Shown here: positions 25,401 to 38,728 of the stretch, piece after piece
Layout: every line of letters starts with the position of its first letter
How positions within the stretch are numbered: the stretch's first letter is position 1
Assembly (NCBI GenBank): GCA_951406725.2
Contig: OX597815.1
Coordinates: forward strand, 37,634,001 to 37,698,000
DNA from: Octopus vulgaris
Taxonomy: Eukaryota
DNA: 64,000 nucleotides
Reading direction: 5' to 3'
Notes under the pieces: generated by a model
Databases searched by the model: none
What the model saw: the letters and a program-made list of their open reading frames with translations, nothing else
What the model was told of the DNA's origin: nothing
Position numbers and translations under genes: made by a program

Positions 25401-25869
25401 AACTACAGCTAGAAAACATGTATTCACCTGTTGAGCTGTTGTTTTCGTTCTGTTCCTTCTGTTGTGCTGTTGTTGATGTTGTGTCCAGCCATGATGCTTG
25501 TTGTAGCTCTCTGCATGCTAAATTCAAATCGAACGTCACTACGATCGTGAATTAAAGGTCCCCTCAGTAAATTCATCTGAAGATCAACCAGTAATTTTAT
25601 AAGGTTGATAGTTGAAGATAGTTTTCATCGTATTTTCGATAAATAGTCTCCCACGTCAAATGTGGGATTTGTCAATTCTATTGAATGAATGAAAGAATGC
25701 CTGTGTGTGTATGTATGTATGTATGTATGTATGTATGTATGTATGTATGTATGTATGTATGTATGTATGTATGTGTGCATGTATGTATGTGAGTATGTAT
25801 GCATGGAGGTAGATAAGTAGGTGGGTAGGTATATATGCATGTACATATATATATACATATATATATGAT

Positions 25870-26203
25870 GGACTCATCGTTTTTGGTGCGTAAGTGCCAA
25901 ATAACTTTTATTTACTCCATATTTTAGTTTTTGTATTTGTGTCTTCTGTAAGGCACTAGACGTGCTTTGTTTTTGCAAATGAGACCGCATTCTTCACAAA
26001 CAAAATCGTAGTGGAGAAGATATGATATTGCTGTGGGCTCGCCCTAGACAAAAAGTTTAATTTTTGCCGATGACACTCCCCGGACACTAAGTAAGGCATG
26101 TGTAAAATTTGAATGAAATTGGTTGTGTAGTTCTCAAGTTTTAGGGAAACAGACAGACAGAGAGACAGTCAAACACACATTCTCAGCTTTATATATAGAG
26201 AGA
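25870..26203 (-). mobile_element. Helitron-like 5' fragment
   Basis: Minus strand starts TCTCTCTATATATAAAGCTG..(CTGT)n..CCAATTTCATTCAAATTTT; related segment at 35570-35625. Confidence 0.65.
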
Positions 26204-26499
26204 TATAAACATATTACAATGACGATTTCGGTCGGTGTGTCAAAATGCAAAGTTTGCAGCATAGGACCATCGTTTCCCTAAAATCCCAGTAAAATGATAG
26301 TGTACCTAGTCATGTTGTCGGAATTTATACATCCAACAACCGACAAACTATTTGATGGTGTAGAATTCACTTTGCAGAAAGGAATTGTCATCTGAAAATG
26401 TAAAGAAAAAATCAAATCCCGACTTTTTGGGTCGTTACACATTGCTTTTGACCAATAAACTCACTTGAACTGAACCTCATTACAGAACAATTCAAAGTG

Positions 26500-26716
26500 C
26501 GAAGGGGGTGTTGAAAAGTTCCTGGTTTTGGGCAAAAGAAAATACAAAAGGATCAGTTAATATGATTTTATTCAACATATTCCCCTCTCACATTCACACT
26601 CTTATTGCAGACGCCTTTCAGTTTTTCTAAGCCCTGTTAAAAAACTCGGAAGATTGGGCCTCCAACCAATCCTTTCGCGATACCCTTGACGCCAGGAAGC
26701 TTTCAGTACGCCCTCA
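26500..26716 (-). mobile_element. Mariner-derived MITE (~220 bp)
   Basis: Imperfect TIR CGAAGGGGGTGTTGAAAAGTTCCTGG; inverted homologue at 50626. Confidence 0.8.
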
Positions 26717-27195
26717 TAGATAAAAATAAAATAGCTAACTTGTATCCTAAGGGGGACGGAATTCTACTATTGAAACGAAATTTTACTCCATTAACATGAA
26801 TAGTGTATGCTGGTTGCGTCTAATACCATGAAAAATTGGGGTCGTCACTGCAGCCAAAGTTCCTAAGTGAATTCACGTACACGCTTTTAAGTTTTTCTTT
26901 TGTTTTTTGGGGTGTGGGGGAATCATTATGCTATTTTCTCTGGATAAGTTTTGGAGGTCGAGATAATACAATCTAATATTTCCTGATAATGGATTTTTAA
27001 TGGCCCCCGAAGCTTGGAAACATAGCTGTTAGCTTATATCACCTGTCAGTTTATATCAGCTTATACTAGGAATAGATCAGTTTTGATTCAGTGAGCCTAA
27101 TCTAATCGAAATTTTGAGGTTCTCACTTAGGTGACAAAATTTATGTTTCATATTCTAGTCTTCTGAAACGCACTCTCTCTATCTCTCTATCTATC

Positions 27196-27258
<63 letters not shown>

Positions 27259-27403
27259 GGCGCAAGAGTGGCTGTGTGGTAAGAAACTTGCTTCTCAACC
27301 ACATGGTTCTGGCACCTTGTGCAAGTGTCTTCTGCTACAGCCTCAGATCGATCAAAGCCTTGTAAGTGAATTTGATCCACGGAAACTGAAAGAAGCACGT
27401 CGA

Positions 27404-27467
<64 letters not shown>

Positions 27468-27641
27468 TTGTGTGTGCGTCTGTGTTTGTCCCACATCATC
27501 GCTAGACAACTCACGGTTCAGCAAAAGAGACCGATAGAATAAGTACTAGGCTTGCAAAGAATAAGCCCTGTGGTCGATTTGGTCGACAAAAGGTGGTGTT
27601 CCAGCATGGCTGCAGACAAATGACTAAAACAAGTAAAAGAA

Positions 27642-27642
<1 letters not shown>
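27259..27642 (+). mobile_element. SINE type B
   Basis: Collinear with the 12424 copy, with internal deletions. Confidence 0.88.
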
Positions 27643-27690
<48 letters not shown>

Positions 27691-28499
27691 TATATATATA
27701 TATGTGTGTGTGTATACAATCACACACACACACATATATATATGAGCTTGTGTAAATACCTTTATGCATGCAACAATGTATGCAATACTGAAAGAATAAT
27801 AGAAATAGAAATTGCACAATTATTTTTATGCTGCATCTAATTGAATTATTCCAAAATACATTCTTATATATCGGTTTCACTTCTAATAGAAACAATCATT
27901 TCAATATAGACATGTAATAGCTCCCACTTATCGTTCAGTTAAAATGTATATTAGCGCATCAACTGGAAGAAGTCCTGTTATAAACACAGGTATTATAGGA
28001 GGTAACTCCATGTATATTAAAGTGTACATAGAAGTGGTGACATATATTCTCTCATGGATGTTGATATTTAAAATTAAGGAAAAACTTATGCAATTATCTA
28101 TCGACGGAAAGAGGTTTGTATGTGTAATTCCTAGTGACCACCCTTCCGTTAAAGTATAACATGTGAGTCGAGTAAATGTAATAATTTGTGAACGCAAATA
28201 TAGCAATAAGTGACTGCATGTTATATACGTAAAATTATTTTTAAAGTGTCGGATATGTATACTTCATAAAGTAAGTATATCTATTTATTTCCGCATACTC
28301 TTCTCTGTCTATAAGTTTGTACTATATATATATGCATAGTGGATACATACATACATACGTACATACATACGTTCATACACGCATACATACATACATACAT
28401 ACATACATACGTACGTACATACGTACACATATACATACGTACATACATACATACGTACATACCTACACATATACATACATACATACATACATACATACA

Positions 28500-28531
<32 letters not shown>

Positions 28532-28798
28532 CATATGAAGGAGCATTGGATCTAGGTTTGACAAAGTCTCTTTCTTTTTCTATTGGCAAGAAATCTTCAA
28601 ATAAAAATGAAGAATGACGCGCACACACACACACACACACACACACATACATACACACACACACACACATACACACACACACACACACACACATGTATAT
28701 ATAAACACTAAATTTAAGCTTCATTAATTTCGTTCATGGGTAACTGCCTTGCTGAAAATATAGTTTGCTGTATTCTAAATACCTTATGTGCAGTCATA

Positions 28799-30075
28799 CA
28801 GGGGTTGGACAAAATAACGGAAACACCTAACATCATAGCATCAAAATTTTGGAATACCTATAAAACTATCAAAAGCTTGTTTATTTTTATGTTTTTGATT
28901 CATTTTTAGTGTTGCTTAATATGTTTTGTTAAAATTGCCGTTTCTTTTCAGATATTATCAGAAAAAGGTAATTAAAATCCATTAAAATAACAGGTCTATC
29001 GGACTATCATAGAGGTCAAATTGTTGGTGCCCGTATGGCTGGCGCTTACGTAACGAAAACAGCCGAAATATTTGGTGTATCAAGAGTACTGCCTCGAAAG
29101 TAACAGGGAAAAACCTCCTCGTCGAAACAAAACTCCGGAAGAAAACCAAAACTTTCAGATGGGGACCGTCGAACACTTACGCGAATTGTTAGAAAGGATC
29201 ACAAAAGAAGTGCTCCAAAAATTACTGCAGAGCTTAATGACCACCTCGAGAACCCATTTTCTACAAAAACTGTTCGCCGGAAGCTGCACAAAGCCGGATT
29301 TTACGGGAGAGCTGCAATCAGAAAACCACTACTTTCAGAAACAAACGTTGCAAAGCATTTAGAGTGGAGTAACAACCAACAAAATTGTTCCCTGGAGCTG
29401 TGGAAGTATGTTGTTTTCTCGAACGAGTCGTCCTTTACCTTATTTCCGGCCAGCGACCGAGTATATGTGGAGACAGCCAAAAGAAACATTTGACCCAGAC
29501 TGCCTTTTTCCAACTGTTAAACATAGGAGGCTCTGTGATGATCTGGGGATGGGGGCCATATCTTGAAAATCCGCCGGCCCAATGGTTTCCCTTCATGGTA
29601 GAATTAATAGTCAAGACTATTTAAGCATTTTATCTGATTAAATTCATCCTATGGTTGCAGAACTGGTTCCGGATGGAAACGCAAGCTCTCAGGATGATAA
29701 TGCACCAATTCACAGAGCTAAAGAAGTTACCGAATGACACGAGAAACATTCTAGTGAAGTTGAACATCTTATCTGGCCACCACAGCCCTCAAATCTTAGT
29801 ATTATTGAATATCTATGGCACATTTTTGAAAATCAGGTAAGGAGTCGATATCCTTCATCAACAGGTAAGGATTCGATCTCCATCATCATTACAAGAACTG
29901 GAGACTGTTTTAGCTGAAGAATGGACACAAATTCCTTTGGAAACAATTCAAACTTTCTACAAGTCCATACCTCGTAGAATTCAAGCTGTAATTACTGCTA
30001 AAGGCGTTTCTACCCCATATTAAATAAAATTTGTTTGAAATTTTAAGGTGTTTCCATTATTTTGTCCAGCGCCTG
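28799..30075 (+). mobile_element. Full-length decayed Tc1-type transposon, DD36E spacing
   Basis: TIRs CAGGGGTTGGACAAAATAA(C/T)GGAAACACCT with TA TSDs; GRKPKL, RKPLL, FSNES, SVMIWG and QDDNAPIH..WPPQPSNLSIIE. Confidence 0.93.
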
Positions 30076-30857
30076 TATATGTTGTTAAACAATTGATTAA
30101 TTTCTTTTTCATCGCCATTTTTCTTAATACAACCATTTGACCCAAAGTACTTAGGCAATGTACTAGACCATTTAGAGACATTAATTAACCCTATCTTTCC
30201 AAAGACATTATCTTATGGTCATCATTTCCTGTGTGTAATTCTATATTTAGAATTTTATGTGAAAATATCATATCGCTCTTCCATTAAATAATATATGATT
30301 CTAGCAGGTTGAGAGATTCAGATCCTTCCTTGTATCTTAGAAACAAATGAGAGGGTTAAATTTCTACATTTCTAACATTCATTACTGACGGCTAGAAGAC
30401 TCATCTGAAACCTTGTATTTAAATATTTCCAACATGAATTGACGTGGAATAATTCGTGGTACACGTCAGTGGTTGTCATATCGCTTTACATTCTATACTA
30501 CCTGATTAAGATTCTTATTTCAGCTACCTGACTTTGGTTTCCGTATGGAAAACATATAATCTAAGACGTACCGTCCGTGATAACCCCGGCCAGTACTCAA
30601 GAATGGTCTATTGGGAATAGACTACATTATTCACTATTATTTCTTTTCAAACTGATGCACTGTTATTTCAAGTTTTAGCAGGTATTTCTATCACATCCAA
30701 CTATCGAATGAAGGCTTCCTCTTTGGTTGGATCTATGATGAATATAGGAACAATTTTTTAATACTATATGTACTGCCCTCCAAATATCAATTTTGCGAAA
30801 CCACCAATTTTATATTTCATACATAGATACATACATAAATACATGCATATATAGGTC

Positions 30858-30970
30858 CATCCATTCATCCATCCATCCATCCAACCGTCTATCCATCCAA
30901 CCGTCTATCCATCCATCCATCCATCCATCCATCCATCCATCCATCCATCCATCCATCCATCCATCCATTC
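30858..30970. repeat. (CCAT)n microsatellite
   Basis: Direct reading. Confidence 0.9.
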
Positions 30971-30981
30971 ATACATACATA

Positions 30982-32250
30982 TCAGGTCGTCAAGTATGAA
31001 ATTTGTTGTAAGGTATATGGTAAACTTTGACAGCTGCACATTTTGCGCCATTATTATGTTTTGACAATCTTTATTTTTTGTTAGAAAGCTGACACATCTA
31101 TTTCTTTATTCTAACTAATTTTGAGCTTTTTAAAGTATTTATAAATCGTTTTTTGCTATTTTTATTTAAAGATGGATAAGTCGGAAATTTATACAGTTTG
31201 GAATATGAATTCTTTCTTGGGAATACAACATCACACACAGCTCGGAATATTAATGGAGTATTTTATTCTAATGTTATTACACAGCAGCCGATATCAAATG
31301 GGTTTGCCAAATTTCATTGTGGTAACTTTCACCTCGCAAATGAGCAACGCGGTCGACTAGAAAGAAAAGTGGATAATGACAAAATGAAAGCAACCGTCGA
31401 GTCAGATCCATCTCAAAGTGCCGGTAAATTATCGTTGTTGTTTGCTGTTAGCAAGCAAAAAATGTTGACTCACCTAGTTCAAATTGGTAAAGAGAAAAAT
31501 TTGGATAAGTAGGTTCCACATGAAGTCAATGAAAATCAGAAACAGTAAGGTTTGGAAGACTGCTTTCTCGTTAAAAAAAAAATGAATCATTTTTAATCGA
31601 ATTGTAACATGTGATGAGAAATGGATCCAATACAACAACCGTTGGATAAAGACGAGCCACCAAAACACTGTCCAAAAGGTAAAATTCATCAAAAGAAGCT
31701 GATGGTGTGTGTTTGGTGGTCTGGCACAGGTGTGATCCATTATGATTTCAATAAATCTGGCCCATCAATCATTGCCGAAATATACAGCAGCCAATTGGAC
31801 CAAATGATGCAGAAATTTACACCCATCCCGCCAAAAAATAGTCTAAATTAGTCAACAAACCCACTCCTATTTTATTGCAAGTCAACACCAGACGACACAT
31901 CGCAAAAATGACATTGGCGAAACTACAGGAGGTGGAGTTGGAAGTTCTCCATCATCCACCATACTCATCTGATCTTGCCCCCACTGACTACCACTTCTTC
32001 CAGAATTTCGACAAGATTTTGATAGGAAAAAAATTTAATTCTGACGATGCTGTAAAATAGGCCTTCCAAGATTTTATTGACTCTAGATTGCCATACTTTT
32101 ACAGTTCCGGGTTGGACAAGCTACCGCTGAAATGGCAAAAGTGTATTGACAATATGGGTGCATACTTTGATGAATAAAACTATTCCTTGTATTTATAAAA
32201 CATCAGCAAACATTTTTTCTTTTCTACAAATTTCATACTTGACGACCTTA
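30982..32250 (+). mobile_element. Full-length decayed mariner (DD34D-type)
   Basis: TIRs T(C/A)AGGTCGTCAAGTATGAAATTTGT with TA TSDs; ATG at 31172, *VPHE, TCDEKW, KKLMVCVWW and HPPYSSDLAPTDYHFF; multiple stops and frameshifts. Confidence 0.95.
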
Positions 32251-33689
32251 TACATACATACATACATACATACATACATACATACATACATACATACATA
32301 CATACATACATACATGCATACATACATACATACATATATACATACATACATACATCCATACATACACGCACATACATACCGACATACATACATGCATATA
32401 GACAAACTTACATACGTACACACATAAAAACACACACATGCATACATAGATACATCCATGCATTGAGACAAACATGCAGACAGACAAACATATCCAGATT
32501 CAAAATATGTAACAATAAAAGATTTAGGTATTCTAATGCTCCTCTTTTTGGAATTTACATACACAGTTTTTTTTAAAGTTTCATCTCAGAGCTGCGACCA
32601 TGCTGATGCACCGCCGTTTTGTCTGTTTATCTACAAAAACGAAATCATGCGCACACATACTCACAAACAATTACTAAGGATGCATTCTCTCACAGAGTAA
32701 GTGCAGGTTCACACACCTTCATATATGAACACTCTAATTCAACCACATACTTTAAAACCCCAGGAACTGCTTCAAGTCAAAATCTCACTTTGTTAGCGAC
32801 TGGTTAGAACACAATGAAGAACTTAAATGAATTAAAAAATACACAGAGGCAAGCGCACGCAAACACACACGCATACACATACATCTTCTGTCAATATATG
32901 ACCTTGTGTAATACTCCACGCAATGATGATATAAAATATTGGTCTCTATTGTAGACGCTCAGTCGAATGTATAATCACCGCTTCACTTTGAGTTTGTATT
33001 TAATTGTCCGCCTTCAGGTGTAATATAACAGTCACACAGTCTCCGAAGCATTCTTGATATAATCCGGTAACAACAAAGGCTGTTACATCTTTCTCTACTG
33101 TGGATAACAGTGTGAGGTAAATCTGAAGTTTTAACCCTTTGCTAGTTACATCAGTGTTTTCAGAATAATCAAAATATTAATCATTCGAAATCAGTGACAA
33201 GCTACATTTTCTTATAATCAAATCAACTGACTAGGAATGTTTTAAAATTTCAGAATATAAAATGACACGGATGGGAAATGTAATTAAGCTAGAGAAAGCA
33301 CTTAATATCATTAGATAACATGAAATATTTATTCAAATATGTCTGTGTGAGTTGTTTTGCATTTTCATTTTATTCCTCCACACTTAAGCTACTGAATGAG
33401 ATATGATGTCTTCATGCCAACTTCAACATCGTGTTTTGATGGTTCATAATGGTACGAAACTTCAAGCATGTTTATAAAGACATCGGTTGCGTTTATATAG
33501 AGACTTTAGTTTATGAGTATATATCAATGTGCAAAGTGGTGTACAAAACTTTGTATCGTAACAAAATCTACATTGATAAATATTACAGTATATGTATGCA
33601 TGTATGAAACTGTTTATATAATGTATGCCTACATTTATCTTAACTTATCTATTTATTTCTCTCTCTCGATACATACATACATGCATATA

Positions 33690-34092
<403 letters not shown>

Positions 34093-34216
34093 CACAGTGA
34101 TACTTACATTGATATACCCAACCATAAATCTATGCAGTTATGGATATTTATATGTATTATGTACTTATGTCCACAAGGATGTATTTGTACTTATGTGTAC
34201 CAATTAATATGTACAT

Positions 34217-34257
34217 ACTAGCATTATGACCCGGCGTTGCCGGGTCATACTGCTAGT
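34217..34257. repeat. 41-bp palindrome made of Helitron 3'-end sequence
   Basis: ACTAGCATTATGACCCGGC-GTT-GCCGGGTCATACTGCTAGT; 18/19 paired. Confidence 0.85.
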
Positions 34258-34399
34258 GCATGTATATATGTGCATATATATGTGTACATATTACATGTAC
34301 ATCTATATATATACATCTACACATAAAATACAAAATACAAAGTTATATTTTGATATCGCTAGTGATAACAATACTCAAAATATATAACAGACTGGAATT

Positions 34400-35185
34400 G
34401 TAGGTCCGTCTCTTGCGATTTCGATCAATTGGATCTTGTCCTCCCTCTTGTATAGAAGTGTGTTTACAATCCAGCCTAGCACTACTTCTGGGGGGACATT
34501 TTAAATTTTTTATCCGGGACGTCCTACGTCCCAGATATAAAGGTAAAAATAATATATTTCCACTTTGCAAGGTTCGAGTCGAGTACTCCCTTGCACGCTC
34601 CGTTGACTCGAACTTTGCTTCTATTGTGGCGAATTTACCGCCTCTGGTTAGATACTTGATATATTTCATAGTCGCACCAAGACACTTTTCAATGGTGCTT
34701 TCGTCCATGTGTTCAAATAGTATCCTATATTCACCGTTTTTGTCGGTGATCAATCCGAAATAGGTTTGTATTTCTTCCATTTTAATTTTAATGAGTTCGC
34801 GCCCGCCGACGGCTGCAGCGAAATTCAGTTTTGGACTTCTTCTATCAAAGACAATTTAACAAAAATACTTCCGTACAAACGGTGAAAATATTGTCAATTT
34901 CCCCAAACAGGGACACAATTCAATTTCTAAACAATAACCAAAGCTCCTTCTCCCAAAGGGGGAGGGTTATGGTTTACAATTATTTAACAAATGCAACACA
35001 ACAACGCTTGCCTTACGAGGAACCAACAAACGTGATAACAATAGTTAAACAGTAATAATAATAACAACAAACCTTACGGTGAATCAAAAAGCAGTACTCA
35101 GTTGAAGCTATAGTTCTTTATGGATTAGAAATAAACCAACAGCAGTACTCAGTAGAAGCGTCTGTTCGAGACAACAGACATTACA
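34400..35185 (-). mobile_element. 5' UTR plus truncated ORF1-like sequence of an L1/Tx1-type element
   Basis: IKYLTRGGKFATIEAKFESTERAREY..ILFLPLYLGRR aligns by eye with LKYISRVKHATVWLLFDNEEKARQF..ILFLPSYCGRK of ORF 60537. Confidence 0.7.
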
Positions 35186-35638
35186 TACAGCCAAACTTCA
35201 TATAGATACTTAATGCTAGCTAATTAGCAGATAATCGAATGTAAAATACGTGGTAAAGGGTATGTGCACAGCTCCATCTGGACTATTCCATTTCTGCACT
35301 TAAATTTTATTTTTTATTTATTCCCATTCATGTGAAACCACTTATTCAAGTTCAAGTCATTGATGCAATTTTATACCAATTGCTATTTTTACTTTTAATT
35401 GTTATGTTACGATTTAATTATTATATTATACTTTAGTTTGATTTTAATTATTATTTACTACATATAATTCAATTGTTATTATTATCACTAATTTTTATTG
35501 TTAAAGTGAAAGTATCTGACATAAAATAGAGAAATGTTTTTGTTTCACTTTTAACACGTAATACTGAAATAGTGGAGAAGACATGATATTGCTATGGGCT
35601 CACCCTAGGCAAGAAGTTGAACATTTATATATACATAC

Positions 35639-35700
<62 letters not shown>

Positions 35701-35755
35701 CTTTACAAATATATATATATCGATCACGTCCCCTGAAATAAATGTTTATATGTAA

Positions 35756-36060
35756 AGGTGCCTGTCTTAGTGGTTAGGGTATTCAGCTTACGATCGTAAA
35801 GTCGTGAATTCGATGCCCGGCGGGATGATGTGTCTTTCAGCAAGACACTTTATTTCTCGTTGCTTCAGTCCCCTGAGCTGGAAAAAAATATTAGTATCTG
35901 TAACTCCAAGGATCAGATTTGTCATACTATGTCACCGTGAATCTCCCTCAGAACTACTTTAAGTGGCCGCGTGTCTGTAGATTGCTCAGTCACTTGGACG
36001 TTCATTTCACGAGCAAGTTGTTCGGTTCATCGTACCAACTAGCACACACCGTCTTGGACG
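35756..36060 (+). mobile_element. Old tRNA-derived SINE type C
   Basis: A-box-like CTTAGTGG, B-box-like AATTCGATGCC, then GCAAGACACTTTATTT. Confidence 0.65.
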
Positions 36061-36431
36061 TAAATAAATGTGTGTATGTGTATTGTATGTATGCGTGTGA
36101 GTCTGTGTATTTGTCTGTGTCTGTTTATGAATGGTTGTGTATACATATCTATGTATTAGCCTGTGGATAAATATATCTATGTGCCCACGACAGTCCTCTT
36201 ATACCCAAACAATAACCCTGTTCTTTTCCTTTAATTGCTTGTCACCTTTGGAGAAATTTTGTTTGTTGAGATTATCTTCCCTTCCCATATGGTGGTGGTC
36301 TTCATTGCCATTCAGTGCATGGTGAGACATGCTCTGAAGCATCTGATAATTCTAACACATCAAGACTTTATATTGAATGTTGATATATGTATATTTGTCT
36401 ATGTTGTTCATATAAAGGCAACTGGCCAGTA

Positions 36432-36630
36432 AGGCACATGACTCAATAGTTAAAGCGTAGAGCTTACTATCATGTGGTAGTGAGTTCGATTCCTGGACTG
36501 GACTGTGGGTTGTGTTCTTGAGGAAGACACTTTATTTTCACGTTGAATGCATTGTGACGTCACTGGTACCAAGCTGTATCGGCTTTTGCTTTTCCCTTGG
36601 ATAACATCGGTGGCGTGGAGAGGGGAGGAA
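36432..36630 (+). mobile_element. tRNA-derived SINE type C relative
   Basis: TGACTCAATAG..GAGTTCGATTCC..GAAGACACTTTATTT. Confidence 0.65.
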
Positions 36631-36737
36631 CGTAGCACTGCCAGGCCAGGGATCTCTGAAAGTTGTCCATGGGCCCTGGCCCGAAAGTCGTTCTGAGCAG
36701 GCGGGTCGTGTATTCCTCGTCGATGTCCAGGTTCGCA
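36630..36737 (-). mobile_element. Short L1/Tx1-type ORF2 fragment
   Basis: Open minus frame ANLDIDEEYTTRLLRTTFGPGPMDNFQRSLAWQCY resembles the region before the ORF2 C-terminal zinc motif (from memory). Confidence 0.55.
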
Positions 36738-36884
36738 GATAGATAGATAGATAGATAGATAAAGAGAGTTTGTGAGTGAGAAAGAAGGAGAGTAAAGTTT
36801 TAGGGACACAAAACTAAAACGAAACCAAGAGGCGCAGTTCGAGATAAGTGAATGAACATAGGCAGAAATGCGTAGATTACAGAC

Positions 36885-37260
36885 AGACAAAGTCAGAGAC
36901 AGAAATAGAAACAGAGAGAGAGAGAGAGAGAGTGAGTGAGAGAAGGAGACAGACAGAGGGACAGACAGAGAGACAGACAGAGAAGGAGACAGACAGACAG
37001 ACAGAGACAGAAACAGAGAGACAGAGAGATTGATAAAAACGAAGGGAAAATCGCTGTGTCACAAGAGCGATAGAAAAGTGTGACTGAAAGTAGGAAAATA
37101 AAAGAAAGAGTACGAGGGAAAGAGAAAGAGAGAGAGAGAGAGAGACAGAGAGAGAGAGAGAAAGAGAGAGAGTGAGAGAGAGAGAAAGAGAGAGAGAGTG
37201 AGACTGGAAGAAAAGCTAGATAAGAAAGAAGGATGTGTGAGAGTGAAAGAGAACTGCAGA
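36885..37260. repeat. (GA)n/(GACA)n purine-rich tract
   Basis: Direct reading. Confidence 0.9.
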
Positions 37261-37386
37261 AGAGTAAGCCCAGATAAAACAGTGTTTGAGGGAGGGGATG
37301 TAAGAGATAAAAGATGATAGGAACCACTCTGGTTTGGAAGATTCAAATAGAGAGAGAAATAGTATCAGCAGAATAGTAGTTTAACC

Positions 37387-38190
37387 CAGTGCTTCTCAAA
37401 CAATCTGATGTGGGGCAGCGGCAGTTTTTTTTCTCCAATGTGCCAGGGACCAGTAATATTTCTTAGTAATATTAACTTATACCGGAGACAATGTATATCC
37501 ATATATATATAAAACTGTAGTTGTGTGAGTGTTTGTCCCCTTCGATTTAGATTCCTAACTACTCCCACATTTTGCGGTGCAGTTTAACCAAATTCGGGTA
37601 TCTTATAGTCGTGATTCATATCGAGCCCGGCTGAGTATTAGCGCGCGTCTACGATGAGTCTACGATTTAAAAAATAATTTAACATCATTTTTTATTCCAT
37701 TTTAATGCATAATTTTTCGTGTGTCGATGGCGGCGGAGTTGGCGTCCATGGTCACACCTGCACCTGTTTGCTTCTTCCCCTTCTTCCCTTCCTCGTGAAG
37801 CTGTGGGGAAGGGAGTGTAAGGAAACCAACGTCGTAAGCGTTGTCAAGGAGACCAGCGTTCTTTTAGAACAACTTCATGGCTTGAAGACACCAAAACAGA
37901 AATGGCTAAGAAAGCCCGAATTGGCATCTATAAGGGAAGTAACTTTCTAAAAATGCTTATATAGTTATTTCCCTTACAAACCCGAGCAACGCCGGGCGAT
38001 ACTGCTAGTAATGAATATAATAGAGGTTGACAATTTTGTTTTATCTTTTATTTATTTTGTAAACAAATAATACAATTTAACATTAGCATTTTATAAGCAT
38101 TTTGTAATCATGTTAAGTTTCTTGCTTTTCTGGAAACTCGCTACGTACAGGCAGCTGATGGCTCGTGGGCCACCACTTTGAGTAGCACTG
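37387..38190. mobile_element. hAT (Charlie-like) MITE, ~293 bp once the nested Helitron is removed
   Basis: TIRs CAGTGCTTCTCAAA / TTTGAGTAGCACTG; perfect 8-bp TSD GTTTAACC at 37379-37386 and 38191-38198. Confidence 0.92.
37498..38008 (+). mobile_element. Complete 511-bp non-autonomous Helitron
   Basis: 5' TC, 3' CCCGAGCAACGCCGGG hairpin followed by CTAG, A|T insertion site. Confidence 0.93.
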
Positions 38191-38371
38191 GTTTAACCCA
38201 TTAACTGCGAAGTTATTTTATTCATATTTTTTTGGGCTTTGCCAGATGTGTTAAAAGTTAAAATGATATATATATTTAAATTTTCTTCATATGTGGATAA
38301 TTTTGAAAATTATAATTTTTTCAAAAAGTCCCAAATGGGGATAGCTGAAAAAAAAAAAGCATACTCATTCT

Positions 38372-38728
38372 CATCTACTTGTTTCAGTCATTTAACTGTG
38401 GCCATGCTGGAGCACCGCCCTTTAGTTGAGGAAATGACCCCAGGACTTATTCTTTGTAAGCCTAGTACTTATTCTATCGGTCTCTTTTGCCGAACCACTA
38501 AGTTACGGGGACGTAAACACACCAGCATCGGTTGTCAAGCGATGGGGGGGGGGGCAAACATAACATAAGCATACATATATATATATACATATATACGACG
38601 GGCTTCTTTCAGTTTCCGTCAACCAAATCCACTCACAAGGCTTCGGTCGGCCCGAGGCTATAATAGAAGACACTTTCCCAAGGTGCCACGCAGTGGGACT
38701 GAACCCGGAACCATGTGGTTCGTAAGCA
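38372..38728 (-). mobile_element. SINE type B
   Basis: Reverse complement of the type B sequence. Confidence 0.9.

Noticed and set aside
33018-33116. AG..GT-bounded candidate exon
   Set aside because: Stops in all three frames.
35756-35825. tRNA gene
   Set aside because: Degenerate SINE head with no complete cloverleaf; the same applies to the other SINE heads.
36640-36737. GC-rich stems with TCCTCG suggesting an HDV-like ribozyme
   Set aside because: Pseudoknot pairings do not close; better explained as an antisense LINE ORF2 fragment.
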